DNA of 55,336 bases from Planctomycetota bacterium (GTDB lineage: Bacteria; Planctomycetota; PLA2; JAEUHO01): the NCBI GenBank assembly GCA_050248855.1, contig JBFWRP010000030.1, forward strand, positions 1-55,336, in the 5' to 3' direction. The notes beneath the pieces were generated by a model. The model was not told the DNA's origin. It worked only from the letters and a program-made list of their open reading frames with translations, and searched no databases. Below, one piece after another: positions 7,903-18,455 of the stretch (positions are counted from its first letter, which is position 1; each line of letters begins with the position of its first letter). Made by a program: the position numbers and the translations under genes.

Positions 7903-10670
7903 CGGTCGCCCTCCGGATCGACCGCCACGCCCGGTCGTCCGTATCCGGGCGCGCGGGACAGGAGCACCACGCGTCCGCCGTAGCCACTGGCGACGATCTC
8001 GTCCGTCCCGTTGCGACCCTCGACTTCGGCGACGCACAGCCAGTGGCCCTTGTCGATGTCACGGAAGATCGTCCGCGCAGACCAGGGCCCCTCTGCGGTG
8101 CGCGACAGCAGCTGGACCTTGCTGCTGTACCCAAACACGGCGACCGTCTCCACCGACGGATCCGCGTCGAAGCGACCGGCCACGATGCCGCGCGGTCCGG
8201 CGGGCCCCGCGTAGATCAGCTCCGTGGTCCAGTCCGCGTCGCGCGAGACCTGCTCGTGACGCTCGATGCAGCCGTCGTCGAGGGTCGTGTACAGGACCCA
8301 GGGTCCTGCCGGCGTCGCACCGGGACGCAGGGCGACACGTCCCCGTCCGGCGCGAGCGTCGGCGATGCGTGTCCAGCTCGTCGCGCCATCGTGCAGACGG
8401 AGGAGCGACAGGTTGCCGTCTCGACCCACCGTCGCCACCAGGGCATCCGCACCGGGAGGCGTCGGGAGGAGCAGCGCCTGGCGGACCAAGCCCTCCAGGT
8501 CTTCCAGCTTGCGGAGATCGAACGTCCCGTTCGCGCCGGTGGGGGTGGCCAGGTAGAGGCCGCCCGGGCTGGTGAACAGCAACAGCTCCCGGCCGGGTCG
8601 TGCCGTGTCCAGGTCGCCCGCGACCAGGGTGTGGATCTCGCGACCCTCGATCCCGCCGATGCGGCGTGCGTCGAGCATCCGCTCGTTGGTCGGCGTCGTG
8701 ACCTGGAACAGGTGTCCGCGCTTGCCCGCCGTGTAGAGCTCGGCGCCCGGCACGCGCGGGTCCAGGTCGTCGTGGGCGAGGCCGCCCAGCCACTCCCCGT
8801 CGTTGACCACGTCGATGGGGGTCCACTTGCCGCTGTACGACCAGCTCACGTGGAGGCGACCGGCGTCGTCCAGTCCCACGATCTCGCGCGCGGCCTGGTG
8901 CCCGAACACCGGGAACGACCCGACGGTCCACACACCGACGCCGCGGTTGTCCTGGACGAGCCACGCGTCCCAGTCCGGAGCACAGACGAGCGGCACGGCC
9001 GCCTTGCGCGGGTCCGCGCCCGTGGGTGTCTTTCCGACTTCCAGGGCCGGCGTCGCAGCGGCCGTCGTCGGCCGGGCGGCAGGCTCCGTGACGCGCACGG
9101 AGGCTAGATCGAGGTCGTAGGCGTTGGCGTCGGTCCGCACGTCGGCGAGGCCCGCGCGGGCGACGATCACCTGGCTCGGGACCACCAAGGGCAGGATGAC
9201 GGCCTGTTCGCGGATCCTGGCTTCCACGCGCTCGAGCCCCTGCACGCGTGCCTCGTGCGTCGGCGCGGTGTACGCGGACTGGATGAGGTGGCGCAGCGGC
9301 GCGTCGTCCCAGACCGGGGGCGAGCTGGAGGCCGTCCGCCCGGCCGGGCGTTCGAGGAACCACGCCTGCAAGGTGACCCACGGGTCGTAGGGGACGCCGT
9401 ACGTGTCCCGCAGCAGGAGATCGAACTCACCCTCGCCGAGCCGGCGTCGCGCGTCCGACGAGCTCTCGGCCGAGACGAGCGCAACGCGGAAGCCATGCGG
9501 CTCGAGCTGGCGGGCGAGGGCTTCGCCTAGCTCGCGCGCACGGACGTCGTTCGGTGAGGCCAAGAGCAGCCGCAGCGTCACGGTCTCCGTCGAGCTTGGA
9601 GCGGCGTTCGGTTTGGCCGCATGGTCCTCGGGCCAACCCGCGCCCGGTGTCGCGAACAGCGTCGTCGCGGGGCGTGCGAAACCACGATCCACCTCGGCCA
9701 CGAGCCGCGCTCGATCGATGGCGGCGCCGAGACGCAAGCGCACGGCACGATCGGCGCACGGCCCGGCGTGCGGGTTCAGCACCAAGCAGGAGGTGGCGGA
9801 ACCCGGACCGACCTGGACCCGCAGGCTGCGATCCCCGACGAGTGTTCGCAGGAGGCCGCGATCCCAGCGCGGGCTGCTGCCGTCGGCCACCATGTCGAGC
9901 TCCCCGCTGCGAAGGGCCGCCAGGGCGTCCTCCGACCACGTGGGGGACGACGGCAGCGCTTGGAGAACGAGGCGGGACACATGCGGCGCACCGCGCCAAG
10001 CGGCCGCGTGGCCCTCCAGCACGAACGTGTCCCCGGTCTCCGCAGCGCGATGCTCGACGAGACGGAAGGGCCCCGTCCCGACGGTCCTCACGAAGGTGCC
10101 TTCGTGGTCGTAAGCGTCCGGAGGCACGACGTACGCGGGATTGATCGCGGCCGCACACTCCTCGAGGAAGGGCCACGGCTCGGCCAGGCGGACCTCGACG
10201 GTCGACTCGTCCAAGGCGCGGATCTCCTTCATGCGCTCCGTCGAGCCGATCCAGCGACTGCCCGGATTGCCCCGCCAGCGCTCAAGGTGGTCCACCACGT
10301 CCTGCGCAACGAGCGTGTGCCCGGCGTGATCCACCACCCCCTGGCGCAGGTGCAGCACGATGCGTGTGCCGCCCTCCCCGATGTCCCAGCGGGACGCCAG
10401 CCCGGGCTCGAGACGCCCCTCGTCATCCAAGCGCGCAAGGCCCTCGTACACGGCGGTCTTGGTGACGAAGCCGCCCCAGTAGACGAGAGGTGTGAGGATG
10501 CTGTGGGGGCCGGGTCGTGCCGAGATGCCGACGCGCAGCTCCGTGGCGGTCGAGGCCTCTTGCGCCAACGTCACGCCGCCTCCGAACGGCAGCAAGGTGA
10601 GAAGGAGAGTCAGGATCGCAACATGCCGCACGGCTCGCGCCAGGGTGCATCGAACGCGGTGACGGGGCAT
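7899..10670 (-). CDS. NikA/CntA-like family 5 substrate-binding protein fused to a C-terminal FG-GAP-like beta-propeller
   Basis: Signal peptide; SBP_bac_5 motifs VYEGL..D..G.LEPGLASRW, VGTGPF, AIDR and TYGVPYDP; then repeats DDLDP...ELY, GDLD...ELL, GRFDAD..ETV and AEVEGRNGTDEIV. Start approximate. Confidence 0.8.
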   Translation of the reverse strand: MPRHRVRCTLARAVRHVAILTLLLTLLPFGGGVTLAQEASTATELRVGISARPGPHSILTPLVYWGGFVTKTAVYEGLARLDDEGRLEPGLASRWDIGEGGTRIVLHLRQGVVDHAGHTLVAQDVVDHLERWRGNPGSRWIGSTERMKEIRALDESTVEVRLAEPWPFLEECAAAINPAYVVPPDAYDHEGTFVRTVGTGPFRLVEHRAAETGDTFVLEGHAAAWRGAPHVSRLVLQALPSSPTWSEDALAALRSGELDMVADGSSPRWDRGLLRTLVGDRSLRVQVGPGSATSCLVLNPHAGPCADRAVRLRLGAAIDRARLVAEVDRGFARPATTLFATPGAGWPEDHAAKPNAAPSSTETVTLRLLLASPNDVRARELGEALARQLEPHGFRVALVSAESSSDARRRLGEGEFDLLLRDTYGVPYDPWVTLQAWFLERPAGRTASSSPPVWDDAPLRHLIQSAYTAPTHEARVQGLERVEARIREQAVILPLVVPSQVIVARAGLADVRTDANAYDLDLASVRVTEPAARPTTAAATPALEVGKTPTGADPRKAAVPLVCAPDWDAWLVQDNRGVGVWTVGSFPVFGHQAAREIVGLDDAGRLHVSWSYSGKWTPIDVVNDGEWLGGLAHDDLDPRVPGAELYTAGKRGHLFQVTTPTNERMLDARRIGGIEGREIHTLVAGDLDTARPGRELLLFTSPGGLYLATPTGANGTFDLRKLEDLEGLVRQALLLPTPPGADALVATVGRDGNLSLLRLHDGATSWTRIADARAGRGRVALRPGATPAGPWVLYTTLDDGCIERHEQVSRDADWTTELIYAGPAGPRGIVAGRFDADPSVETVAVFGYSSKVQLLSRTAEGPWSARTIFRDIDKGHWLCVAEVEGRNGTDEIVASGYGGRVVLLSRAPGYGRPGVAVDPEGDR

Positions 10671-10953
10671 CGAGGAGGCGTCATCGTGGCAGTACATGCC
10701 GGCCAGGGGCGCAACCGTGATGCCATTCGTGCGGCGCCCATGGCGTGATGCATCCGACGCGGATGCGAACTCTTTGCGAGTCGGCGTGTTACGGCCGTAT
10801 CGGAACGCAACGAGGGCACACGACGCGGGGAGCACGTGCATCCGTCTCGCCACGGCTTCAGACCTGCAGTGGCCCGGCCCTTGCTCCCGTACACGGCGAC
10901 ACGCCCGGGCGGTTCGCGGCGAGGCGGCCCATCCAGGCGTGAAGGGAGGTTCC

Positions 10954-13209
10954 ATGTCCACCAGGACCACATGGAGAGGGCGGGGCTGCCGGGCGGCTCC
11001 TTGCCGGCGGGTCGGTACGTTCGCAGCACTCTTGCTGGCATCGGTCGCGTGTGCCGGGCAGGCTTCCGCCGACGAGGGCGACGGTGTCGGCAGTCCCCCC
11101 GTGGTTGCGGGGGATGGCCCGGCGGCCACGGACGCTCCGGCGACCAGCCCGGACGGAGCCGTGGACGCCGGGGGGGTCGACGTCGTCGCCCGTCGGCCGC
11201 AGGCCATGGGGCCGAGCGACCTGCCTGCGGGTCCCGGACGCACCACGCTCGGGGCCGGCGGGCTCTCGGCTTCCGAGCTGGCGGCGCTGCCGCAGCCCGT
11301 CCTCCGGCGCACGGGTACGCATGACGTCCTGTCCCCGCAGCGCATCGCGGAGTCGACGCCGACGAGCGTCGAGGAGATTGCACGGAGGCTGCCTGGCGTC
11401 TCCAGTCGCCTCTACAGCGGCGACGAGCACCTGCGACCCTCGATCAGCGTGCGCGGCATGCCCGACAACGGCTTCACCGAGTACACGGCGGTCCACGTGG
11501 ACGGCATCAACTGGAGCACGATCGCCTACGGCTGGACGGCGCTCTCGATCTTCCCCTTCACCGCCGAGCGGATCTGGGCGGCCGAGGTCCACCGCGGAGC
11601 CCACGCGCTGCGCTACGGACCCAACACGATCGGTGGCGTCGTCAACTTCATCACCCGCCCGCCGCCGGATGGCGCCCTGTTCAACACGCGCGTCACGGTC
11701 GGTGGGCACGGCTACGTCGCGGCGCTCACCGAGGCCGGCAACCGATCGGGTCCTTGGAGCTGGTTGCTGCAGGGCGTGCACAAGTCGGGCTCGACGTTCC
11801 GCCAGAACAGCGACTTCCACGTCAACGAGGTGGCCTTGAAGGTGCGCCGCGACCTGGACTGCCGCACATGGCTGCAGGTCGAGGGCTTCCACTGGCGCGA
11901 CGTCCACGAGCTCCAGAGCCGCCTGACCTGGGACCAGTACCAAGCCGACCGCACCCAGAACTTCACCCTGCCCGAGGCGGACTGGGAGGGCTGGGCCTAC
12001 GGCGGCACCGTCCGCATGCACCGGGACTGGTGCTGCGGCTCCTGGACGGAGGTCTACGCCCACTACCGCCTGGCGCGCCGCATGCTCGACAGCTTGCGGC
12101 CCCCGGGCGGCCCCCCGTTCACGGCCATTCGCAGTGCGGACAGCGACAACATCACCGCGGAAGTCGGCCTCGAAGGCGAGATGGCCCTCGGTGGCGCGGG
12201 CTGCCATGTCCTGCACTACGGCTTGCGCTACCATTACGAACGCTGTGACCGCATGACGTTCGAGGACCCGATCGGGGGCGGTCCGCGCAACACGACGCAG
12301 GACGCGCGCACCGAGACGGATGCCCTGGCCGTGTGGTTGGACGACACGATGCGGCTCGGCCGCTTGACGGTGACCGCCGGTGCACGCCTCGAGTGGATCC
12401 CGGACTCGCGTGCTGACGACAAGATCACGGGCAACTCGTTGGACTTCGACTTCGTGGAGGTCTTCCCGGGCGTGTCGGCGAGCTACCAGCTGTCCCCGCA
12501 GCTTGCGGTGTTCGGCAACTGGCACCGCTCGTTCCGGGCGCCCCAGGTCTGGGGCTATGACTTCAACAACCCCGACCAGGAGCTCGACTTCGAGCACGGC
12601 ACCAACGTGGAGGTCGGCCTCAACGGGAAGAACCTGCTCGGGTGCGGCTGCCTGTCGGGCAGCCTGTCGCTCTGGCGCGTCGAGTTCAGCGACTTCCTCG
12701 ACTACGACCCCCTGACCGACATCTACACGAACTTGGGCGGCTTCGAGAGCCAGGGCGTGGACCTGACGCTGGAGGCAGACCTCGGGCGCTGCAGCCGCCG
12801 CCTCTGCGGGTGGTCCGCCTTCGGCTCGATGACGCACCAGGAGAGCGAGTTCGTCGACGGCGACAACGAGGGCAACGCGACCACCCACGTCCCCGAGTGG
12901 ACGGGCAACGTGGGCGTGCGCTACGAGCACCGCTCGGGCTTTTACGGCGTCGTCGAGGCGCTTCACCACGGCGAGAGCTGGGCCGATCCGGAGAACACGA
13001 TCCGCAGTCCGTCCGACTGGCTGGTCGAGGTTCGCGCCGGGTGGCGCAAGTGCTGGCGCGTGTCGTGCCTGACCTTGGAAGTCGATGCGGCCGTCACGGC
13101 CAAGAACGCCCTCGACGAGGAGGTGTACCTGGTCCACCGGGACGACCAGATCGTTCCGGGTGCGGGACGGGAGATCTACGGATCGCTGTCACTCAAGGTG
13201 CGCTTCTGA
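10954..13209 (+). CDS. TonB-dependent receptor, FecA-like
   Basis: GGAGG RBS; signal peptide; plug motifs LPGV, ISVRG and RYGPNTIGGVVNFITR; SFRAPQ, NALDEEVY and terminal F. Confidence 0.93.
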   Translation: MSTRTTWRGRGCRAAPCRRVGTFAALLLASVACAGQASADEGDGVGSPPVVAGDGPAATDAPATSPDGAVDAGGVDVVARRPQAMGPSDLPAGPGRTTLGAGGLSASELAALPQPVLRRTGTHDVLSPQRIAESTPTSVEEIARRLPGVSSRLYSGDEHLRPSISVRGMPDNGFTEYTAVHVDGINWSTIAYGWTALSIFPFTAERIWAAEVHRGAHALRYGPNTIGGVVNFITRPPPDGALFNTRVTVGGHGYVAALTEAGNRSGPWSWLLQGVHKSGSTFRQNSDFHVNEVALKVRRDLDCRTWLQVEGFHWRDVHELQSRLTWDQYQADRTQNFTLPEADWEGWAYGGTVRMHRDWCCGSWTEVYAHYRLARRMLDSLRPPGGPPFTAIRSADSDNITAEVGLEGEMALGGAGCHVLHYGLRYHYERCDRMTFEDPIGGGPRNTTQDARTETDALAVWLDDTMRLGRLTVTAGARLEWIPDSRADDKITGNSLDFDFVEVFPGVSASYQLSPQLAVFGNWHRSFRAPQVWGYDFNNPDQELDFEHGTNVEVGLNGKNLLGCGCLSGSLSLWRVEFSDFLDYDPLTDIYTNLGGFESQGVDLTLEADLGRCSRRLCGWSAFGSMTHQESEFVDGDNEGNATTHVPEWTGNVGVRYEHRSGFYGVVEALHHGESWADPENTIRSPSDWLVEVRAGWRKCWRVSCLTLEVDAAVTAKNALDEEVYLVHRDDQIVPGAGREIYGSLSLKVRF

Positions 13210-13331
13210 CCCGACGGTTCGCGGCCGAGCAGGCATGTGCGTGGCGCCTGCTCGGGCCGTATCGCAGGTGGGCCGTGCTGTCCTGGTCGACGCGCTGCGG
13301 TGTCGGCCCCGAAGCTGATCCGCAGTAGCGG

Positions 13332-13583
13332 GTGCTGCCCGAGCTGCCGGGGCTTCTCCACCCGTGCCCCGAGCCTTCGCGCTACGCGACGGGCGGCGAC
13401 GTGGACCTGGGCGTCACCAGCGCCACGGCCAAGGCGAAGTGGATGGTGCGCTTCGGCCATCCGGACAAGCGCCGTGCCCGCCCGCACGAGCACGCCGCGC
13501 TCCGCCAGGCCGTCCACGCCGTGCTGGGGCGCGACGTCCACACGCCCGCCCGTCTGGCAGCCCTCATCCGTGCCCGCGACTGA
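13332..13583 (+). CDS. Small hypothetical protein or gene fragment
   Basis: 83-aa ORF with plausible GC-biased codons and no recognised motif. Confidence 0.3.
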   Translation: MLPELPGLLHPCPEPSRYATGGDVDLGVTSATAKAKWMVRFGHPDKRRARPHEHAALRQAVHAVLGRDVHTPARLAALIRARD

Positions 13584-13959
13584 TCGCCGGACGTCGAGAG
13601 CCGGTCAAGGGTACGCGTGACCCCGCGGCGCGATGGACTCGCGGGGCACGTCGTCGGGCCCCACGTGGAACGTCATCGACGACCAGAGACTGCGCCACGC
13701 GGCCTCGTCGCTCGGCGCCAGTCGTCGCAAGTCCTGGCAGCGGGCGAGGTAGGTGCCCGCGGCGTCGGTGGTTCGCAGCCCCCCGAGGGGGGCTGAACCC
13801 GTACACCTGCAGGTCGGCGCCCACCTCCTGGCGACCCGTCCCTACGCCCCCGTGGAGGTGGCGCCGACCCGCAAGGCTGGTGCAAACGTGCGTCGCGGCT
13901 GGGGCCTGCATTCGGGGTGCATCGCCGCCAGAATGGGAGTCCTTCAGGAGACCATCCCC

Positions 13960-15651
13960 ATGACGCGGAACTTCGTGCTCCTTGCGGCCCTGCTCGCGCT
14001 CCTCGCGAGCGGGACGCCGCTGCGCCCGGTCGCCGCGGCCAGTGCGGACTGGAGCAACATCGAGGGTCAGTTCAAGAGGGGCTTCCGTCCGGGCAAGTCG
14101 AGTCGCGCCGAGCGCGAGGGCGCCCTCAAGCTGGTGACCCGCTCCAAGGACGGGCGCGGCGTGAAGCTCTTGCTGTCCGCCTCGAGCTCCCAGCGCAAGC
14201 ACACCGATGACCTCTTCGAGGCCTGGGAGGCGGGGATGGCCGAGTGGCAGGAGAAGACCTCGCGCATGGAGAGCCAGCGCGAGGAGGCCCTGCGCAAGCA
14301 CCGCGAGCGCTACGAGAAGAAGGGCGAGGCGGTGCCTCCGTTCACGGTGAACCTGGCCAGCGAGGAAGGGCGCTGGTTGGGCGCTCCACCCAAGCATCCC
14401 GGCCAGATGGTGGCAGCCCACGAGAAGCTGATGCGCCAGTACGACGAGGCGAATGCCGAGCGCCGTCTGCTGGGGCAGATGCGCAGGGGGGCCGCCCGCA
14501 TCTTGAAAGACATCGAGGGCGAGGAGTTCGATCGGGCGGTGAGCGAGGTGATCCGCGCGGCCGAGAAGGGCAAGGGCCTCGAACGCGCCGAGATGATCGG
14601 TACGCTGGGCTTCGTGCGCGGCGACGCCGTGACGAAGGCGCTCGAGGACCAGACGCGGGAGCGGGACCCGATCCTGGTCGAGGCAGCGCTCGAGGCACTC
14701 GGTCGCCAGAACACCGTCCGGGGCAAGGAGATCCTGCTCGGATTCCTCGGCCACGAGGACTGGCAGCTGCGCTCGGCCTCGCTCGAGGGTCTCGTCTTCT
14801 ACCGCGATCCCGAGGTGATCGAGGCTCTCCTGGCCCAGGCCGAGAAGGAGGAGGGCGTAGTTCGTCGACGCATCTTCCAAACGATGTCCAGCATCGTGAG
14901 CGAGCCCGTCAAGGCCATCGTGATGGCATGGCAGTCGTGGTGGCCTGCGAACAAGCAGGACGTCCAGGCGCGTTGGGAGCGTGCGCCGCGCGAGCCCGGG
15001 CCGGTCTGGGACGATCCGCCCAAGCTGCCGATCCTGACCGAGTCCAACGACGGCGGCACGTCCTTCTACGGCATCGAGACGGACAGCAAGCACATCATCT
15101 TCGTCGCCGACGTCTCCGGGTCGATGGCACGCCAAGAGGACGACCCGCCGGACCAGCCTGCCAAGATCGACGTCTGCCGCGACGAACTGAAGCGCGCCCT
15201 TCGCGGCCTGTCCGCCGTCGACGAAGACGAGCGCGGCGCCGCGACCTTCAACATCGTGCTCTTCTCGACCGACGTGATGGTGTTCAAGGAAGGCCGCATG
15301 GTGGTGGCCACGATGGCCAACAAGGAGAAGGCCTTCAAGTGGATCGACGAGCACGTCCAGCCGCAGATGCAGACCAACATCTACGACGCCATCGAGCAGG
15401 CCTTCAACGTCATCAGCGGCTCCAGCGACCGCAAGAACCGCCAGAGCGGCGCCGACACGATGTTCCTGATGACGGACGGCGCGCCCACGCGTGGCAAGTT
15501 CGTTCGCCCGGAGGTGATCCTGCAGGAAGTGAACCGCCTCAACCGGACCCGCGGCATCACGATCCACACGATCGGCGTCGGCAAGAACCACAACAAGGGC
15601 TTCCTGGAGCGACTCGCCGCCGACAACGGAGGACAGTACCTGGCCCGCTGA
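13960..15651 (+). CDS. Secreted HEAT-repeat + VWA domain protein
   Basis: AGGAG RBS and signal peptide; HEAT repeats (EDWQLRSASLEGL); FYGI..SK..FVADVSGSM MIDAS motif, TNIYDA, TDGAP and LAADNGG. Confidence 0.9.
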   Translation: MTRNFVLLAALLALLASGTPLRPVAAASADWSNIEGQFKRGFRPGKSSRAEREGALKLVTRSKDGRGVKLLLSASSSQRKHTDDLFEAWEAGMAEWQEKTSRMESQREEALRKHRERYEKKGEAVPPFTVNLASEEGRWLGAPPKHPGQMVAAHEKLMRQYDEANAERRLLGQMRRGAARILKDIEGEEFDRAVSEVIRAAEKGKGLERAEMIGTLGFVRGDAVTKALEDQTRERDPILVEAALEALGRQNTVRGKEILLGFLGHEDWQLRSASLEGLVFYRDPEVIEALLAQAEKEEGVVRRRIFQTMSSIVSEPVKAIVMAWQSWWPANKQDVQARWERAPREPGPVWDDPPKLPILTESNDGGTSFYGIETDSKHIIFVADVSGSMARQEDDPPDQPAKIDVCRDELKRALRGLSAVDEDERGAATFNIVLFSTDVMVFKEGRMVVATMANKEKAFKWIDEHVQPQMQTNIYDAIEQAFNVISGSSDRKNRQSGADTMFLMTDGAPTRGKFVRPEVILQEVNRLNRTRGITIHTIGVGKNHNKGFLERLAADNGGQYLAR

Positions 15652-15737
15652 AGCCGCGCCGCTTCCGCGGGAAGGGCGCGCGGCGCTGCCAGCCGATCTA
15701 CCCTGGGGGCGTGGTGGTGCCCTCGGGGAGGACGTGC

Positions 15738-18455
15738 GTGCGCGTTTCCAAGCGACTGGTCGTAGGTGCCTGTCTCGGCGTGCTGTCCCTCGGAGCCCTC
15801 TTGCCGTTGGCATCTGCGGAAGACGACGCACCGGCGCTCCTGCTGACCGTCGAGGCGACGCTCGACGGCAGGCCGCTGGCGGGGGCGTCCGTGCGCTACG
15901 CGCCCGTGGAGGGCCCCGTCCTCGACGGCTCGGCCGTCGAGATCGGTGCGTGGCTTCCGGTCTACAATGCGCTCGACGCCGTGGGCACGAGCGTGGGGAG
16001 CCGCACCGACGAGAACGGACGCACTCAGCTTGTCGTCTCCTCGTCGACCAGCTGGTTGGTACGCGTTGGGGACGCGCCGAACGCCCAGACGCGTCTACTC
16101 GAGCGCGGTCGACACGCAGACGGCGACACGATCGCGTTCCCCCTGGTCTCCGGGGAGGCGCTGGTTCGTCTGCCTCACGCCCCACCCGCTGGTTGGCGCC
16201 TCATCGCCGAGTCCTCGCGCGACGATGTGTTGGAGGCGCGCTTGGTCAGCGTGGCACGAGCGAAGGCTTCGGAGTCATCCCTCCTGCAGGTGGTGGCCGG
16301 CTTGGGTCGCCGCGGCGCCGGCCTGAGGTGGTGGCACGCCTCCAGGGGCCAGGGAGCGTACGCCACGTCCGGCGACGTCGGGTTCGAGAGCCTTGTAGAG
16401 CCGCACGACATGCCCCGGCCGACCTCCCTTGCACGCGTCGAGGGGCGCGTCGTTGCCAAGGACCGGGCACCGCTGCCGGAGGGGAGCTTCATCCGGGTCG
16501 GCGGACGCGTGCCTCCGCTGGAGACGATCCCCCTGGCAGCCGATGGCACGTTTCGCGCCTTGGTCTCGCCGCCTGTGGCCGGACGCCTCTCCATTGGCCG
16601 CGATCGCATGCACGTCTACGCCATGCTCGAGGGCTACGAGCCTTCGGGCCCCGTCGATCTCGTGCCGACCTGAGATGGAGCGTGGGCGACCAAGGGGGCG
16701 ATCGAGCTCAGGCGCGGAGTCGCCGTGCGGGGCACGGCTCCCGACGTGGCGGGCCTACCCGAGGCCTACCGCTGGTTGCTGTCGGTGCGTGCGGATCCAC
16801 GCGGACCGTCCCCGCGCGATCGGGACCACGCGGAGATCGAGGCGGCCCTCTTCGGCCCTTCTGGGGGACGGTTCCTCGCGCGCGAGGATGGGTCGTTCGA
16901 GACGTGGCTGACACCGGGGGCGTGGCACATCCATGCGGTGCTGGATGAACACGAGCCGGTCCGATCGGACGTCCCGCAGGGGCCGCACGCAAGCGTGCAA
17001 GTGGGCAGCGCGCCCGTGAACGATGTCCGCGTGCCGCGCTGGCCGCGTGTCGAGGGGCGCGTCGTCCATCCCGAGGGTGTCGGCATCGGGGGCGCCATCG
17101 TGTGCCAGGGCGAACGGTGGGACGCGCAGGTCGGTCGAACCAGTGCGGAGGGACGCTTCTCCGTGCGGCGGCTCCTGGCGAGAGACCCGCGTTGGACGGC
17201 GGAGCAAGCGCGCGATGGCTGGCCGCTCGTCGTGAAGGCTTTCGGCTTCCAGCGCCGCGCGATCCCGGGCCCCCGGCTCGCCGCCGACCCGCTTGTCGTG
17301 CCCATGAGCCCGGGAGGCGATGTGGTCGTGGAAGCGCGGACGCCCGCCGGAGAGCCTGTACTCCACGGCGGCATCTACCAGCCGGCCAGCGATCCGGAGC
17401 CAGGCGGCGATCAGTTCCTGGCCGACTTCGACCAAGAGGGGCGGGCACGTGTGCGTGGCCTGGCGGCAGGCGACCACGTGCTGGGTGTGATGGCGGGGTG
17501 GCCGAAGCCCACCCAGGTTCGTGCCGCGGTCCGGACGGGCGAGACGTCCGCTCTCTCCCTCGAGCTTGTCGTGCCCGCCAGACGGCGCCCGCTTCGCGCC
17601 CACGTGCCTCCGGGCGTTCGACTGGAGGAGGCGCGTTCCGTTTGGTTCTCAAGGATGCGGGGATTCCGTTCCCAGCCCGATCTGGCGGCGGATGGCACCG
17701 CTTGGTTCTGGGCACCGCAGCCGCGGCTCGCGGGACCGAGTACCCTCTTCCTCGAGCACGAGGGGTCGATCCTCGCGGCGCCTTGGGATCTCGAGCCTGC
17801 CGAGGCTCCGCTCGAGTTCAGCGCCGAATCGGTGCCTCTTCGCCTTCTGCACCTCCGGTTCGAGGACCCATCCGGAACGCCTCTCTACGTGCACGGCCCG
17901 CTGCCGCTCGTCACGGTGGGAGGCGGGGCGCATGACGCGCCCCTGCCTTTGCACGTGTTGGGCGCCTTCCACATCGGCAAGGTCGGTCGCTTCAGTCTGT
18001 TCGATCGCAAGAGCTTGGATGACTCCATTGCGCGATGGCATCCAGGAGTTCAAGTCGAGGGCCTCGAGCTCTTCATCACGGAGGCCCAGGACGCGCACGG
18101 CATCACCAGCTTCGTCGCGCCGACCTTCGTGCCGCTGCCCACCCAGGTCCCTATCCGCCTTGCGCCTCTCGCGTCGCTCACCGTGACCGTCCTGGGTCCT
18201 GACGGTCCCGTCCCTTTCGCCTCCGTGAGCGCCCGCATCGAGCGAGCGGGCGAGCTGACGCGCGTCCCCGACAACGAGCTACCCACGTGGCACCGGGCAA
18301 CAGGGAGCGATGGGAACGCCTACGTTCCCCGGGATCCGAATCGGGCACTCGTCGTCGAGGTCAGCCCAACCCTCGAGTTCCGCAGCCTCGACGGGCCGAT
18401 CGTGGTCCCGCCCGGCGCCGGCTCCCCCCTCGTCCTCCGCGTGGGGAAGTGGTGA
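15738..18455 (+). pseudogene. Carboxypeptidase-regulatory-like beta-sandwich repeat protein interrupted by an in-frame TGA (16671-16673)
   Basis: GGGGAGGA RBS, GTG start and signal peptide. Both halves are in the same frame and align without gaps to the 18601-21420 paralog across the stop. Confidence 0.75.

Noticed and set aside
10740..10950. Cobalamin riboswitch upstream of the TonB-dependent receptor
   Set aside because: Only fragments (GCCACGG, TCAGACCTGC) resemble it; the conserved GGGAA and core stems are not evident. An Rfam cmscan would settle it.
10671..11345. N-terminal extensions of ORFs 7899-11345 and 10696-13209 implying overlapping divergent genes
   Set aside because: Signal peptides and RBS place the true starts near 10670 and 10954.
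16671..16673. Selenocysteine codon
   Set aside because: Aligns with Gly rather than Cys in the paralog; no redox motif and no convincing SECIS seen.
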